Positions 42,507 through 55,072 of a stretch of 64,000 nt of DNA are shown here, one piece after another. Origin of the DNA: a virus; IMG/VR virus record IMGVR_UViG_3300049043_000070, positions 122,294-186,293 of that record; one strand, written 5' to 3'. The notes under the pieces are model-generated. The model searched no databases and was not told the origin of the DNA. It was given only the letters and a program-made list of their open reading frames with translations. The translations under genes were made by a program, and so were the position numbers. The stretch's first letter is position 1; every line of letters starts with the position of its first letter.

Positions 42507-44600
42507 ATGCCAGTAGGTTTTAACAGTCCCGCTAGAAATCTATTTCTGTTGGGGTCCACAGGAGCACAGGTAGTAACAAACTTTTTTAGAAAACTTGACT
42601 TATCAGCAGGAACTGATGGTGTTTATGTTCCTGATGAAATCAAATATAATATTCTTGATCAGAAATATATTCTTGCTGGATCGGATCAGAATAGTTCTTC
42701 TAAAGGAAAAGGATGGTTTGAGAAAAGAAACGATGCTGGAACTCGTGATTGGTTAGTTGAAATTGAATCAACTCTCAACTCTACTAACACTACACTTAGA
42801 GCTTTAGAAATTGATAGCAATAATAATTTGATTGCTTGTGGAAAGACAGGAACAGTTCCTTGGATTGCCAAGTATACAAATGGTGGCAGCATTAGTTGGC
42901 AAGTAACATCAAATACAACTGGGTTAGGATATACAGGAATAGCGATTGATTCTAGTAACAACATTTATGCTTGTGGTTCTACATCTACACGAGCATATAT
43001 TGAGAAAGTTGATGGTACTGGTTCTTATTCTTGGGGAAAGTATAGCACTACTACTGCTGGAGCAATTACATTTGCCAAGTGTGGTGCTAACTCTAGAGGT
43101 GAAGTTGTTGCCGTTGGAAAGATAGAGGATACTATCAAAGATAAAGGATATATCGCTAAAGTGAATACAACAACTGGTGCTCTTTTGTGGGACAGAACCG
43201 TAGAAGATCCTAGACTAGCAACATCATCTTCATACTGGCAGACGGAATGTACTGATGTCTATATTGATAGTAAGGATCAAATCTATGTCGTCGGAACAAT
43301 ACGTGATACTGTTGGAAATCTTTCTAAGGGATTTCTAATCAAATATTCTCCAGAAGGAAATATTGTATGGCAAAAAGAAACAAAATTAGATAGAAATTTT
43401 GAATTCTATGGTGTCAAATCTGATGGTGAAACACAACAAACAATTGTTGCTGGAAGATTTAGATACAATAATGATGATTTTGTGATGCTAAACAAGTATT
43501 CACAAGATGGAACGCTTATTGTGGTCTAGAACTTTGTATAGTATGCATGAGATCAAACGATTGCTAATGTTTCTTCGGATGCTGATGCTTCTTTCTACTA
43601 TTTGTTGTTCACGGATGAGACTACTAATGCTGTAATTAATGAACCAAACAGTTATGTGTTTGGCAAAGTGAGTAGTTCTGGTAATGGTTTTCGAGTGCTT
43701 TTCCAGTATTCTTCTGGTGGTGTCAATTATGATTATGTGATTCTAAACATCACAGATAATATTGGCAGATTGACAGATGGTTCTGTTAGACAAGATAGTA
43801 GTGATCTAATTACATATCCATTTGAAGCTAACAAGATTATGTTTGATGATCTTGCCACTCAAGTTGCCAACAAGAAAGTTCAAGTTGATGAGGCGGGTAC
43901 TTACTCAGATCCTACTTATAGTATTACTACTGGGTATCCAAAAATTTCCACAGAAAGTATAACAACCGATGGATTGGTTTTTTATATAGAACCATCAATC
44001 TCATATCCAAGTCCCAGAACTGGAAGCACTTTATATGATTTGAGTAGTGGTGATAGAAATGCTACACTAGTAAATAGTCCAACGTATAGTAGTTCTAATG
44101 GTGGATATCTTGTTTTTGATGGTACTAACAAGTATGCTACTGTAGCGTCTAATGCTGCTTGGGGTTTTGGTGCGAATGGAACTGTCGAACAGTGGGTATA
44201 TGTTGCTGGTAATGACGGACAAAACAATAGATTTTTCTGTACAAATAATAATGCATCATCTTTAGATGCTTATTTGAATGGGTTTACTTATAACGTATAT
44301 TTTCATGGTAGTTCTTTTTCAACAAATAATCCTATCACACAAAATACATGGGTTCACTTTGTTGTTAGGTATATTGCTGGAGCTGTAACCGTGTATTTTA
44401 ATAATGTTGCCCAAGGAATTAATGGAACAACAACTGGATATAATATTACTACAACATCAACACTTTACATTGCTAACTATACTACTCCTGGGTATGAATT
44501 GAATGGTAGAATTGGTGCCATGAGAATATACAATAAAGGATTGTCGGCAACTGAGATATCTAATAATTTTAACGCTTCTCGTGCTAAGTATGGTGTCTGA
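42507..44600 (+). CDS. Virion structural protein with beta-propeller-like repeats and C-terminal LamG/ConA-like domain (frameshift near 43530)
   Basis: IDSxNN repeats; FDGTN, WVHFVV, G.IG..RIYN..LS..EI..NF. Confidence 0.75.
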
Positions 44601-44643
44601 TAAATAGATAGAGCAAAGAATATCTATCCAGAGGCACTGAGTA

Positions 44644-47600
44644 ATGGCGAGAAAATCCATTCTAAACAATTACTACATTTTTGATCCAGCATCAAGACAA
44701 GTTGTTATTCCTGGCGGCATTACTAGAGAAAGCTTGTATTGATTACTAACGTTACGAAGAACAAGGTAATCTACAACTTCTCGGATCCAGAACTAACTGC
44801 TAGTGCCTATCAGATTGCTACTGATATTCGTAACGTCACTACGACCAGAGTTACTCTGACGTATGATACAACCACGATGTCATCAACGGACAAACTACAG
44901 ATTGTCTATGATGAATTTGAAGAGAGCTCTCGCCATCAGAAACATACCACGATGCTGTAAACAAACTCAGAATTTCGCAGCCTCAATCCCAGATGGATAC
45001 CGACTTTGAGTATGGCACTCGAAAGCGCCAAATGGGAAGGATTGGCGATGATCAATAACAACCCATTTGCTTATAAGGGTGATACTCCATATGCTGTTAC
45101 TGATGTTCAGGTAACAACCAATAGTAAAGTAGTTACTGTATCTGTCAACACATTAGTTACTGCTCTCCCTGCTGCTGGAGCTGCTATCTTTGTACAAGAT
45201 ACTGATTTCCCTGGTGCTAACGGTGTGTTTAGTCAACAGCGTACAGGCTGGACAAAGTACATTCAAATACACAGCATCATTCCCATGGACTGCTGGTAAT
45301 GGCGGCATTTATGATTCTTCCAGGACTGCTATTTATGCTGGTGTTCATTACAGTTCGTCTGATATTGGTGGAACTCTTACGTTTACAGCAATTGCTGCTG
45401 GCGTAATGAACGGATCAGTTCGCGTTGATTGTACAAATGCTCATGGTTTAGAAGTTGGTAATGAAATTGCTATTACTGGTTCTTCTGGAACAAATGTAAA
45501 TGGTTCATGGACTGTAGCAAGAGTTGAAAGTCCTACGAGATTCTATTATTTTCCAGATGCTGCTCCTTCTGGTTCTGTTGATAGTGGAACTAAAAAATTA
45601 TATCCAAGACCACAAGGTAACTCAATTCACAGAGCATTTGATGGTGGTGTAAAGTTCTCTACTAATTCTTTCTCTGCTAATCAAACAGCTATTCGTCAGA
45701 CAAAACGTTACTTCCGCTATCAATCTGGTAAGGGTGTAGCATTCTCTACTGGTTCTATTCTTGCTCCAGTTATTGAAAATATTGATAGCATCTCCGCATC
45801 TGGCAGTACTGTTACTGTTGTTTGTGCGGTTGCTCATAACGTAACAAGAGACACAATTGTTGATGTTCGTGGTGTAAATGACAACAATTATAATGGACAG
45901 TATCAAGTAAGTAACGTTACTGATCCATATACATTCCAATATACTGCTTCGTCAGCACCACAAGAATCAACTGCTGCTGGAAATTACACAATTTCTCCAG
46001 TCAATTCTTATGGAACTAAACTTGAAATTGGTATGATGGATCAGCAAAACGGTATCTTTTTCCGTTATGCTAATGGTCATCTAAGTGCTGTTCGTAGATC
46101 TTCAACATTCCAATTATCTGGCAAGGCAACAGTAACTGCTGGTAGTTCTCTTGTCTCAAGCTACACCACACCAAATGGACAAGGTACTAAGTTTGGTAGA
46201 CAATTGGTTCCTGGTGATTATATTGTTATCCGTGGTGTTTCTTACCGTGTTGATGGTGTTATTTCTGACACTCAAATTGTAATCTTCCCAGACTATCGCG
46301 GTCCTTCCGCTAATAATGTTCCAGTATCTAAAACACAGGAAGTAGAATGGAAGCAATCTGAGTGGAATATTGATCGTTGTGATGGTACTGGTAAGTCTGG
46401 TTATGATTTAGACCTTACAAGAATGCAGATGTTCTACATGGACTATTCTTGGTATGGTGCTGGATTTATTCGTTGGGGATTCCGTGGTACAGATGGTAAC
46501 GTAATCTATGCTCACAAGATCCCAAACAACAACTTCAACACAGAAGCATACATGAGATCAGGTAACTTGCCTGCTCGTTATGAAGTAAATACTATTCCGC
46601 CATTTGTTACGGCAACAACTTCAATTGCTTCTGGTGATAGTACAATTTATGTCAACAGAGCACCTTATAGTTTCCCAACTTCTGGAACACTAAAGATAAA
46701 GCAAACAACTGGATCAACAACTGGTGTAATTGAATATGTAAACTATACTGGTAAAACAGAATTCAGACAGGATATTATCTCAGCAAATGCTTCTGGTAAT
46801 GTATTGACAGTTGCTTCTACGACTGGTTTAGCTCCTGGTGGAATTCAAACTATTGTATTTGATCGTCCATTCTCTAATATTGTTTCTGAAAAGACATATT
46901 ATGTTGCTTCTGTTCCAAGCGCAACAACTTTTACAATTACAACTGTTCCTGGTCACGTCAACTCCAGCATCTTATTACAACTGCTACAGGATCTGCTCTA
47001 TCTCCACTAGCAGTTGCCGAGAGTGGTTCATTTACTGGAGTAACAAGAGAACAAGCAGGAGCATCTGGTGTAAACCTAACGATGGCATCTGGAGCATCTA
47101 CTGGTACTGTAAGTTCTGGAACTGGTATCCAGAAGGGACAAACAGTTCACGCAGCAATATTCCAGATGATACTTTTGTACATCTATTTCTGGAACTAACA
47201 TTACACTTAGTAAAGCAGTTACAGCAGCAAACCCAACCTCTGTTACTTTCTCTACTTGGGGAGCTGGTTCAGCACAGACATTCACTTATAGTTCTACAAG
47301 ACCAATTGGTATTGAATTACTGAGGGCAACTTCTGTTCCAACTATTTCACACTGGGGTTCCTCTGTTATCATGGAAGGACGTTACGATGATGACCGTGCC
47401 TATGTTTACACCGTAGGTTCTAGAAGTCAGAGAGCAATTCTTCCTGGAGCTTCTATTGGTATTGTTGCTCTTCGTGTCGCACCTTCTGTTGATAACAGTA
47501 TAATTGGAAACTTTGCTACCAGAGAATTGGTCAACAGAATGCAGGTGGTTTTACGAGGAATTGATACTTCATCTACTGGTAAGTTCTTTATTGAAGTTTT

Positions 47601-47944
47601 ACTAAATCCAATTCCTAGTGCCAACAACAACTGGACAAATGTTGGAGGTACAAGTCTTTCTCAATATTCCATTCTTTCTACAACAACTACTCTATCTGGC
47701 GGTGAAGTTATCTATGGATTCTTTGCTGATACTGGTGTAAACGCATATGATCTTTCAATTGTAAAAGAAATTTCCAATTCTATTCTTGGTGGTGGCGGAA
47801 CCAGTTATGCTACTTCAACTTCTCCAAACCCAACTGGCATCTTCCCAGATGGTCCTGAAGTTATTGTTATTAAAGCAACGAATATTGATACTGTTTTATA
47901 GAAATATTGACGCTAGAATTTCTTGGACTGAAGCTCAAGCTTGA
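44644..47944 (+). CDS. Large virion structural/tail protein (several frameshifts)
   Basis: RQTKRYFRYQSGKG, DYSWYGAGFIRWG, HWGSSVIMEG..DDD motifs typical of cyanomyovirus structural proteins. Confidence 0.75.
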
Positions 47945-48003
47945 TCCTTGACAAGTCTTTACAATTGCTATATAATTATGTAACAATTCTTTATGAATGT
48001 AAC

Positions 48004-48207
48004 ATGACTGTAACGACAAATGATCGTGGGCAACAAAACATGTGGGCAAAAGAACCCCAGATGGTCTACCAAGAATACAACCGCAAGGGTCTTCTGACCC
48101 CTATGCAAGATGACGGAGATGTACAATGGACGTTGGGCAATGCTCGGCATTATTGCTGGTGTTGTTTCTTATACTTTCACTGGCAAGTCTTCTTCGGTGT
48201 CTTCTGA
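48004..48207 (+). CDS. hli: High-light-inducible protein (frameshifted)
   Basis: MWAKEP N-terminus; E..NGRWAMLG chlorophyll-binding motif; TTGACA..TATAAT promoter at 47949. Confidence 0.85.
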   Translation: MTVTTNDRGQQNMWAKEPQMVYQEYNRKGLLTPMQDDGDVQWTLGNARHYCWCCFLYFHWQVFFGVF

Positions 48208-48293
48208 TGACTGAAGTAATCTTTACTGTCACTGCTGTTGCTTTTTTTGTGACACTGTGCTATGCTGTAGAACAACTCGCTGAAACTTATTAA
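48207..48293 (+). CDS. 28-aa membrane peptide MTEVIFTVTAVAFFVTLCYAVEQLAETY
   Basis: Manual translation; ATG overlaps the hli stop. Confidence 0.6.
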   Translation: MTEVIFTVTAVAFFVTLCYAVEQLAETY

Positions 48294-48304
48294 GGAGAAC
48301 AACT

Positions 48305-48424
48305 ATGAAATTCGGTTTTACCCCCGAGGCTGAGATCCTCAACGCTCGCCTGGCAATGCTCGGTTTTGTGATTGCCGTTGGCACCTATGCTACCACTGGT
48401 CAAGTAATCCCAGGTATTTGGTGA
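48305..48424 (+). CDS. hli: High-light-inducible protein
   Basis: FTPEAEILNARLAMLGF...TTGQVIPGIW. Confidence 0.93.
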   Translation: MKFGFTPEAEILNARLAMLGFVIAVGTYATTGQVIPGIW

Positions 48425-48452
48425 TAAATAATAATTGAATATCGTCGTCGCA

Positions 48453-48494
48453 AACTAAAGGGACCTCTGCCAACTTACAGAAGGTCCCTTTTTT
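48453..48494 (+). terminator. Terminator after hli genes
   Basis: AAAGGGACCT...AGGTCCCTTT-TTTT. Confidence 0.8.
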
Positions 48495-48547
48495 ATGTGC
48501 CACTTTTTAAACTGGTTTAATTGAGTATTTATACCAGTCTTTGGGGA

Positions 48548-48576
48548 TTGACCTGTCCGATGTGTTGTGCTATACT
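48548..48576 (+). promoter_or_regulatory. sigma70 promoter of psbA with overlapping late-like CTAAATAA
   Basis: TTGACC-17nt-TATACT. Confidence 0.7.
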
Positions 48577-48663
48577 AAATAAGTTAACAAATGTTACGGA
48601 TCCCTCATAATTCGTAACATTCTGTTCCTTATACATTCCCACAATTACTCGGAGTATTATCCT

Positions 48664-49749
<1,086 letters not shown>

Positions 49750-49777
49750 CAGATAAGTTAAACTCTGATAAACTACC

Positions 49778-49800
49778 GGGGAGAGAAATCTCCCCATTTT
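49778..49800 (+). terminator. Terminator after psbA
   Basis: GGGGAGA-GAAA-TCTCCCC-ATTTTT. Confidence 0.8.
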
Positions 49801-49819
49801 ATACATATAATAAAAAGTT

Positions 49820-50077
49820 ATGGAAATTACTGTTTATACATCTCCTGGATGTACTTGGTGCTTAAAAATTAAGGAATTATTTGCTAGAGCCAATGTTGAA
49901 TTTAATGAAGTTTCTTATGGGGAAATGACGGAAAACGAAAGAGAGGCATTTCGGGAACAATATCCACAAGTAGAAAGTTTTCCTGTTACTATTATTGATG
50001 GAGAATTCATTGGTGGTCTTGTCCCAGTTGCCAAATTGTTCTTAGAACTTGGTTTAGTATCTGCTCCCAAAAAATGA
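49820..50077 (+). CDS. Glutaredoxin
   Basis: CTWC, SFP, FIGG. Confidence 0.85.
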   Translation: MEITVYTSPGCTWCLKIKELFARANVEFNEVSYGEMTENEREAFREQYPQVESFPVTIIDGEFIGGLVPVAKLFLELGLVSAPKK

Positions 50078-50240
50078 AGGAATTGAAAATAAATAGAGGT
50101 GTCGAACTCATGCTTAGGGGGAGAGACCAAACAAAGAAGATCCTCCACCTGGGGGGATAGTAATCAACAAAGTGTTTTCTTTCCTAAGCAGACAGGTTTA
50201 TTTCAACTTAGAACTTAGGTGGGACAAAGAAGAAAAATAG
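50074..50240 (+). CDS. Hypothetical protein (frameshifted)
   Basis: MKELKINRGVELMLRG... manual reading. Confidence 0.45.
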
Positions 50241-50254
50241 TTCGGAGTTGAACA

Positions 50255-50494
50255 ATGGCACAATCAGTAATCGTTTACTTCTCGGCAACAGTCTCGTTCA
50301 TTTTCCTTTGTATTGGTGTGATCGCTGGATGGACGGCAAACGAGAAGATGCACGAATTTCTTTATGCCAATCAGGAGGAAGATCAAAGATTACATCCAGA
50401 AATGTATGATGAAGACGGTCAGTGGATTAATGAAGAATTGCTATCTGTCCGTTTTGTTGAAGAGGATGAGGAGGAAGAAGAATACGAAGAATAA
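50255..50494 (+). CDS. Membrane-anchored hypothetical protein with acidic tail
   Basis: N-terminal TM; HPEMYDEDG. Confidence 0.65.
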   Translation: MAQSVIVYFSATVSFIFLCIGVIAGWTANEKMHEFLYANQEEDQRLHPEMYDEDGQWINEELLSVRFVEEDEEEEEYEE

Positions 50495-50521
50495 ATATAC
50501 ATATGTTACCAATATTAGGTC

Positions 50522-50952
50522 ATGCAGTTATTAATTAATGAAGTGCTACAAAAAGTAAGCAACGCAAAAACAAAAGCGGAAAAAATTACTCTATTACAAG
50601 ATTATAATACTCCAGCACTTAGATCTATTCTAATTGCTAATTTTGATGAGAGTATCATTTCTATGCTACCAGAAGGAGACGTGCCATACACCCCTAACGA
50701 GGCACCAGAGGGCACGGAACACACCAAACTGGTACACGAGTATAGAAAGCTTTATCTCTTTTCAAGGGCGGCGCAAACATCTCTCAGAACCGCCGTGAAA
50801 TGCTTTTCATTCAACTTCTAGAAGGACTTCAGAAAGGTGAAGCAGAAGTGCTTTGTCTTATGAAGGATAAGAAACTTGGTAAGCGTTGGAAGATTACAAA
50901 ACAATGTGTTGAAGAAGCTTTCCCACAAATTCAATGGGGCAATAGAAGTTGA
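50522..50952 (+). CDS. Conserved hypothetical protein (DUF6433-like; frameshift near 50760)
   Basis: LPEGDVPY, L..E.RKLY.F, F..LLEGL...EA. Confidence 0.65.
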
Positions 50953-51200
50953 GTATAAAAATTATTCATCAAAACTGTGATCCGGCATTGGCAGAAGACA
51001 AAAATCTGCCATATAATGCGTACATAGTAAAATATGATGACAGCAATCAATACAATTATGATATTGTCATCGCAAATAAAAGAGTAGATATTTTTGATTA
51101 TTATTGGGACAAGTATAGAGAAGGTTTGGTGTCATTTAAGCAAACAGAAGGAAGAGTAAATCCCAAAATGTGGAACCAAAATCAAAAGAAAAGAAAATGA
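50949..51200 (+). CDS. Hypothetical protein
   Basis: ORF in operon; GRVNPKMW. Confidence 0.6.
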   Translation: MSIKIIHQNCDPALAEDKNLPYNAYIVKYDDSNQYNYDIVIANKRVDIFDYYWDKYREGLVSFKQTEGRVNPKMWNQNQKKRK

Positions 51201-51502
51201 ATTCAGATCCTCGTGGCAATTGGTGTATTCGTTATTGTAAAAGACAAGATCCAACTAACTGGTATGTAATGAAGTTACAACGCAGTGATGGAGTTCTTGT
51301 ATCAGCAAAGACATATGATGATGTCTTTAAGTTTGTGAAGTACCATGATGCGTGGGAGTTTGCTAAGAATTTAATTACTGCGGAACCAGAACCAAAATAT
51401 GATGCTGAAGTTAAGCGTGTATGTTTGGCGAGAAGGTTCTTCTTTTTATCTCTCTGGCAACTAAAACGGTATTACATTTTACAAAATTTATGGTATAATT
51501 AG
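51197..51502 (+). CDS. Hypothetical protein
   Basis: ORF in operon; 3' end uncertain. Confidence 0.55.
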   Translation: MNSDPRGNWCIRYCKRQDPTNWYVMKLQRSDGVLVSAKTYDDVFKFVKYHDAWEFAKNLITAEPEPKYDAEVKRVCLARRFFFLSLWQLKRYYILQNLWYN

Positions 51503-51507
51503 ATATA

Positions 51508-51597
51508 CGTTCATCGCTATATGCGACGGAAGTAAGTCGCGGAACGGATCGTTCATTCGCTATTTGGAAATAGCGAACGCAAACGACTGAAGGAACG
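51508..51597 (+). ncRNA. Tandem glutamine riboswitch (glnA / Downstream-peptide type)
   Basis: Two CGTTCA...GGAACG units, GGAAGTAAG and CTGAAGGAACG cores; 5' of a DUF4278-like ORF. Confidence 0.8.
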
Positions 51598-51628
51598 CTC
51601 TTTAACCTCAAAATTAAGGAGAACCCTA

Positions 51629-51787
51629 ATGTCACAAGCAACTTACCGTGGTTGCCAGTATAATACTGACACCGCCAAGCAAGAATATCAGCATTGGTAT
51701 TCACAAACTCACGCACCAGCACATCCCACCAACACTTATCGTGGTGTTGCTTATCGTCCTTGTAACAATAATAAGGAGGTAGTATGA
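51629..51787 (+). CDS. DUF4278-like small protein (52 aa)
   Basis: Two TYRG(C/V).Y motifs; AAGGAG Shine-Dalgarno. Confidence 0.8.
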   Translation: MSQATYRGCQYNTDTAKQEYQHWYSQTHAPAHPTNTYRGVAYRPCNNNKEVV

Positions 51788-51873
51788 TGAACTGGTTAGT
51801 GATTATTCGTAGACAAATTCAAAAACAAAATAAACTAAAACAGGCACAGCTTGTCATGGCAATGAAAGTGTGA
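51784..51873 (+). CDS. 29-aa basic peptide MMNWLVIIRRQIQKQNKLKQAQLVMAMKV
   Basis: AAGGAGGT Shine-Dalgarno; overlaps the previous stop. Confidence 0.55.
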   Translation: MMNWLVIIRRQIQKQNKLKQAQLVMAMKV

Positions 51874-51881
51874 TATAATAT

Positions 51882-51930
51882 ACTTCCGTGTGAAGGAAGT
51901 TATCGGGGAGGGTAACACCTCCCCTTTTTT
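51882..51930 (+). ncRNA. Candidate ~45-50 nt sRNA with its own promoter and terminator
   Basis: TTGTCA-17-TATAAT (51851-51879), ACTTCC-GTGTGAA-GGAAGT, GGGGAGG/CCTCCCC-T6. Confidence 0.5.
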
Positions 51931-52315
51931 ATACTATAATATGTGTTAAATAATATTGTATGCTGACCATGAACAAAGACAGACTTAAATTAATTGTAAA
52001 AAATCTAAAACTTCTTGTCCAATCTTTGGAAGCAGAAATTTATTCAGACCCGCAATCTTACACATCCAAAATAAGTTCAGATAAACCTTATTCCATATCG
52101 GATGATGACGATGGATATCCAGACTAAAGATCTAAATTTTCAAAAGAGATCTTTTATATTAAGTGGATTTACAAGAATGAGAATATCAATTACTCAAAAT
52201 GTTAGAAATTTTTGTGACTATATGATTGACAAAAACTACCAGTTTGACTTAGGATCCTTAGATGTCGTTGACAGACAGATACTCGCAGAGTATAAACTAT
52301 ACATGGAGAATAGAA

Positions 52316-52591
52316 ATGGTGATTAGGGATGTCATTAAAGCAGCAAAGAAAGCATTAAAGCTTGCTGAAAAGAACCCGATGCTTTATAGTAATGAAGAGA
52401 TTATTTACATGAAGAAATCTTTGCGAAAAGCAAAGATGGATCTTCAAGAAACCCGAGACCTCATGAGTAAAGGATTTAAACCAAATGCGACAGAATGGAC
52501 TAGTAAAACTCTTATCAGTGACACCACAAGCGGAACAGACGATGGGGTATGTGGCGAGAGTGAGCAATCCACAGAACCAGGAGAACCCTAA
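52316..52591 (+). CDS. Hypothetical protein
   Basis: ORF overlapping thyX. Confidence 0.5.
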   Translation: MVIRDVIKAAKKALKLAEKNPMLYSNEEIIYMKKSLRKAKMDLQETRDLMSKGFKPNATEWTSKTLISDTTSGTDDGVCGESEQSTEPGEP

Positions 52592-53132
52592 TGTGGCTGG
52601 TCTGCTCAAGTACTGTATCAAGCACAATCATTGGTCAGTATTTGAGCAGGCACATATGACACTTGAGATTGAAACAACACGAGGCATCGCAGCTCAAATT
52701 TTGAGGCATCGTTCGTTTACATTTCAAGAATTTTCACAACGCTATGCTGATACTAATTTAATTACAGATAGTATTCCCATTCCCGATCTTCGCAAACAAG
52801 ATACCAAAAATCGTCAAAACTCTACTGATGATCTTGGTGATTATGTCAAACTTAAATTTCAGACAGAGATTGCTGAACACTTCACCGCAGCTAACAACCT
52901 CTACAAGCGCCTGCTAGAGGCAGGAGTAGGTCAAGAGTGTGCCCGTTTCGTACTACCCCTGGCAACTCCTACAAGGATTTACATGACAGGATCTGTGCGT
53001 TCCTGGATCCACTATATACAATTGAGGACTGCGAATGGAACTCAAAAGGAACATATGGATATTGCTAAAGAATGTCAATGTATTTTTGCTGGTCAATTTC
53101 CTATTTGTGCTGAAGCATTGGAGTGGTTATAA
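52485..53132 (+). CDS. thyX: Flavin-dependent thymidylate synthase
   Basis: HWSVFEQ, QILRHRSFTFQEFSQRY, ARFVLP. Confidence 0.96.
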   Translation: MRQNGLVKLLSVTPQAEQTMGYVARVSNPQNQENPNVAGLLKYCIKHNHWSVFEQAHMTLEIETTRGIAAQILRHRSFTFQEFSQRYADTNLITDSIPIPDLRKQDTKNRQNSTDDLGDYVKLKFQTEIAEHFTAANNLYKRLLEAGVGQECARFVLPLATPTRIYMTGSVRSWIHYIQLRTANGTQKEHMDIAKECQCIFAGQFPICAEALEWL

Positions 53133-53398
53133 TGGCAACATATCCAGTTTATAATAGAGTTACAGGAGAACAGAAAGAAGTTGTCCTTAGTGTTCACGAT
53201 TGGGAACGGTGGAAAACCGATAATCCAGATTGGGAACGAGATTGGAGTGACCCATCTACTGTTCCTGGTTCTGGGGAGGTTGGTGAATGGCGTGACAAGA
53301 TGGCAAAAACCCATCCTGGTTGGTCAGATATTATGAGAAATAAAATCAAACCAAAAGCAGCTCGCTACAACAACAAAACCATCACAGATAAGTACTGA
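53132..53398 (+). CDS. Hypothetical protein (FmdB-like N-terminus MATYPV)
   Basis: ORF between thyX and phoH. Confidence 0.6.
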   Translation: MATYPVYNRVTGEQKEVVLSVHDWERWKTDNPDWERDWSDPSTVPGSGEVGEWRDKMAKTHPGWSDIMRNKIKPKAARYNNKTITDKY

Positions 53399-53399
53399 T

Positions 53400-54152
53400 A
53401 TGCCCGTAAGAAAGAAAACTGTAAAATCGCCTGGACAGGGTATGAGTTCCAAACAAAAGAAGCGTCGTAAACCAATTAGCGAAGAATTCATGGTTCAGGT
53501 AGAACCACTCACTCATAATCAAAAAATATTTTTTGATGAGTGGGATAAAGGCAACATGCTTTATGCTTATGGTGTAGCAGGAACAGGAAAAACATTCATT
53601 GCTCTATACAAAGCACTCAAAGATGTTTTGAATGAATACACACCATATGAAAAGATTTATATTGTTCGTTCTCTTGTAGCAACAAGAGAGATTGGATTTC
53701 TCCCTGGCGATCACGAAGACAAATCTTCTTTGTATCAGATCCCTTATAAGAACATGGTTCAATCCATGTTTGAAATGCCAGATGACAATTCATACGAGAT
53801 GCTTTACAGTAGTCTAAAGCAGCAAGAAACAATTTCTTTCTGGAGCACAAGCTTTATTCGTGGAACCACTCTGGATAATTCAATCATTATTATTGATGAG
53901 TGTCAGAACTTGAATTTTCACGAATTGGATAGTATAATTACTCGTGTTGGTCAAGACACCCGAATTGTTTTCTGTGGAGATGCGTCTCAAACAGATTTGA
54001 TCCGAGTAAATGAACGCTCTGGTATCTTAGATTTCCAGAGAATTCTACAAAATATGCCCGAGTTCTCTCTTGTTGAATTTGGTATTGATGATATTGTTCG
54101 TTCTGGTCTTGTCAAGTCTTATCTTATTAATAAAATCAATCTTGGTCTATGA
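53400..54152 (+). CDS. phoH: PhoH-like ATPase
   Basis: GVAGTGKT, IGFLPG, FIRGTT, IIDECQN, GDASQ, RSGLV. Confidence 0.96.
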   Translation: MPVRKKTVKSPGQGMSSKQKKRRKPISEEFMVQVEPLTHNQKIFFDEWDKGNMLYAYGVAGTGKTFIALYKALKDVLNEYTPYEKIYIVRSLVATREIGFLPGDHEDKSSLYQIPYKNMVQSMFEMPDDNSYEMLYSSLKQQETISFWSTSFIRGTTLDNSIIIIDECQNLNFHELDSIITRVGQDTRIVFCGDASQTDLIRVNERSGILDFQRILQNMPEFSLVEFGIDDIVRSGLVKSYLINKINLGL

Positions 54153-54845
54153 AATTATTTAATCATGTTGGTGGTCTGACGCCAATTGAATTGGATGCTA
54201 TAATGGTAGATGGCAAACGCCTTTATCCAACACCAGAAGGTCAGTTTACGTCAGTCACCACCGTGATTAGTAGCAATCGTGAAAAGATGGCAGGCATTGC
54301 TCGTTGGCGTGAACGAGTTGGAGAAGAAAAAGCAAATAATATTTCTTCTCGGTCTACTAACCGTGGAACAAAGTATCATTCTATCGTAGAAGATTACCTC
54401 AAGAATGCTCTTGACCTCAAGAAATATCAAAAGTTTTCCTTTACCTGTGTTAATGTTTCAACACAGTAGGGAAATTTTGGATCGTATAAATAACATATAC
54501 CTTCAAGAAGCAACTCTTTATTCTAAACATTTAGAATTAAGCTGGGAGGGTTGATTGTATTGCGGAATTTGATGGCGAATTGTCCATCATTGATTTTAAG
54601 ACAGCATCAGAACCAAAAAAGAACAATATCTTTACGACTATTTTGTTCAAGAAACAGCATATGCTTGTATGCTTCAAGAACTATATGGGTTACGAGTAAA
54701 ACAACTTGTAACTATCGTTGCTTGTGAAAATGGAGAAACTCAAGTCAAGGTGCTTCCACCAAAGAAAGAATATTTCATCAAACTGATGGGTTACATCTCA
54801 GAATATCAGGAACGATATGGACAAAAAACAACTTTTAGAGGATAG
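54149..54845 (+). CDS. PD-(D/E)xK exonuclease (Cas4/RecB-like; frameshifted)
   Basis: SVTTVIS, RGTKYH, AGRVDCIA, IIDFKT, Q..AY. Confidence 0.85.
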
Positions 54846-55072
54846 ATTTATGACATCTGCGAAATTTTCGCAGGAAGTGGGAGAAGATTGCTTTGAGCAA
54901 TCCAGATATGAATTATATTGATTCGGTTATCCATTACTGCGAAACTAATGAAATTGAACTAGATAATGTAAATAAATTGATTAGCAAACCTTTGAAGGAA
55001 AAACTTCGTCACGAGGCACAGCAACTCAATTTTATTAAAAAAACAAGTCGTGCCAAATTAATGTTAGTATGA
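54817..55072 (+). CDS. gp33: Late-promoter transcription co-activator (frameshifted)
   Basis: KFSQEVE, MNYIDSVIHYCE, LISKPLKEKL..EAQQLNF. Confidence 0.85.
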
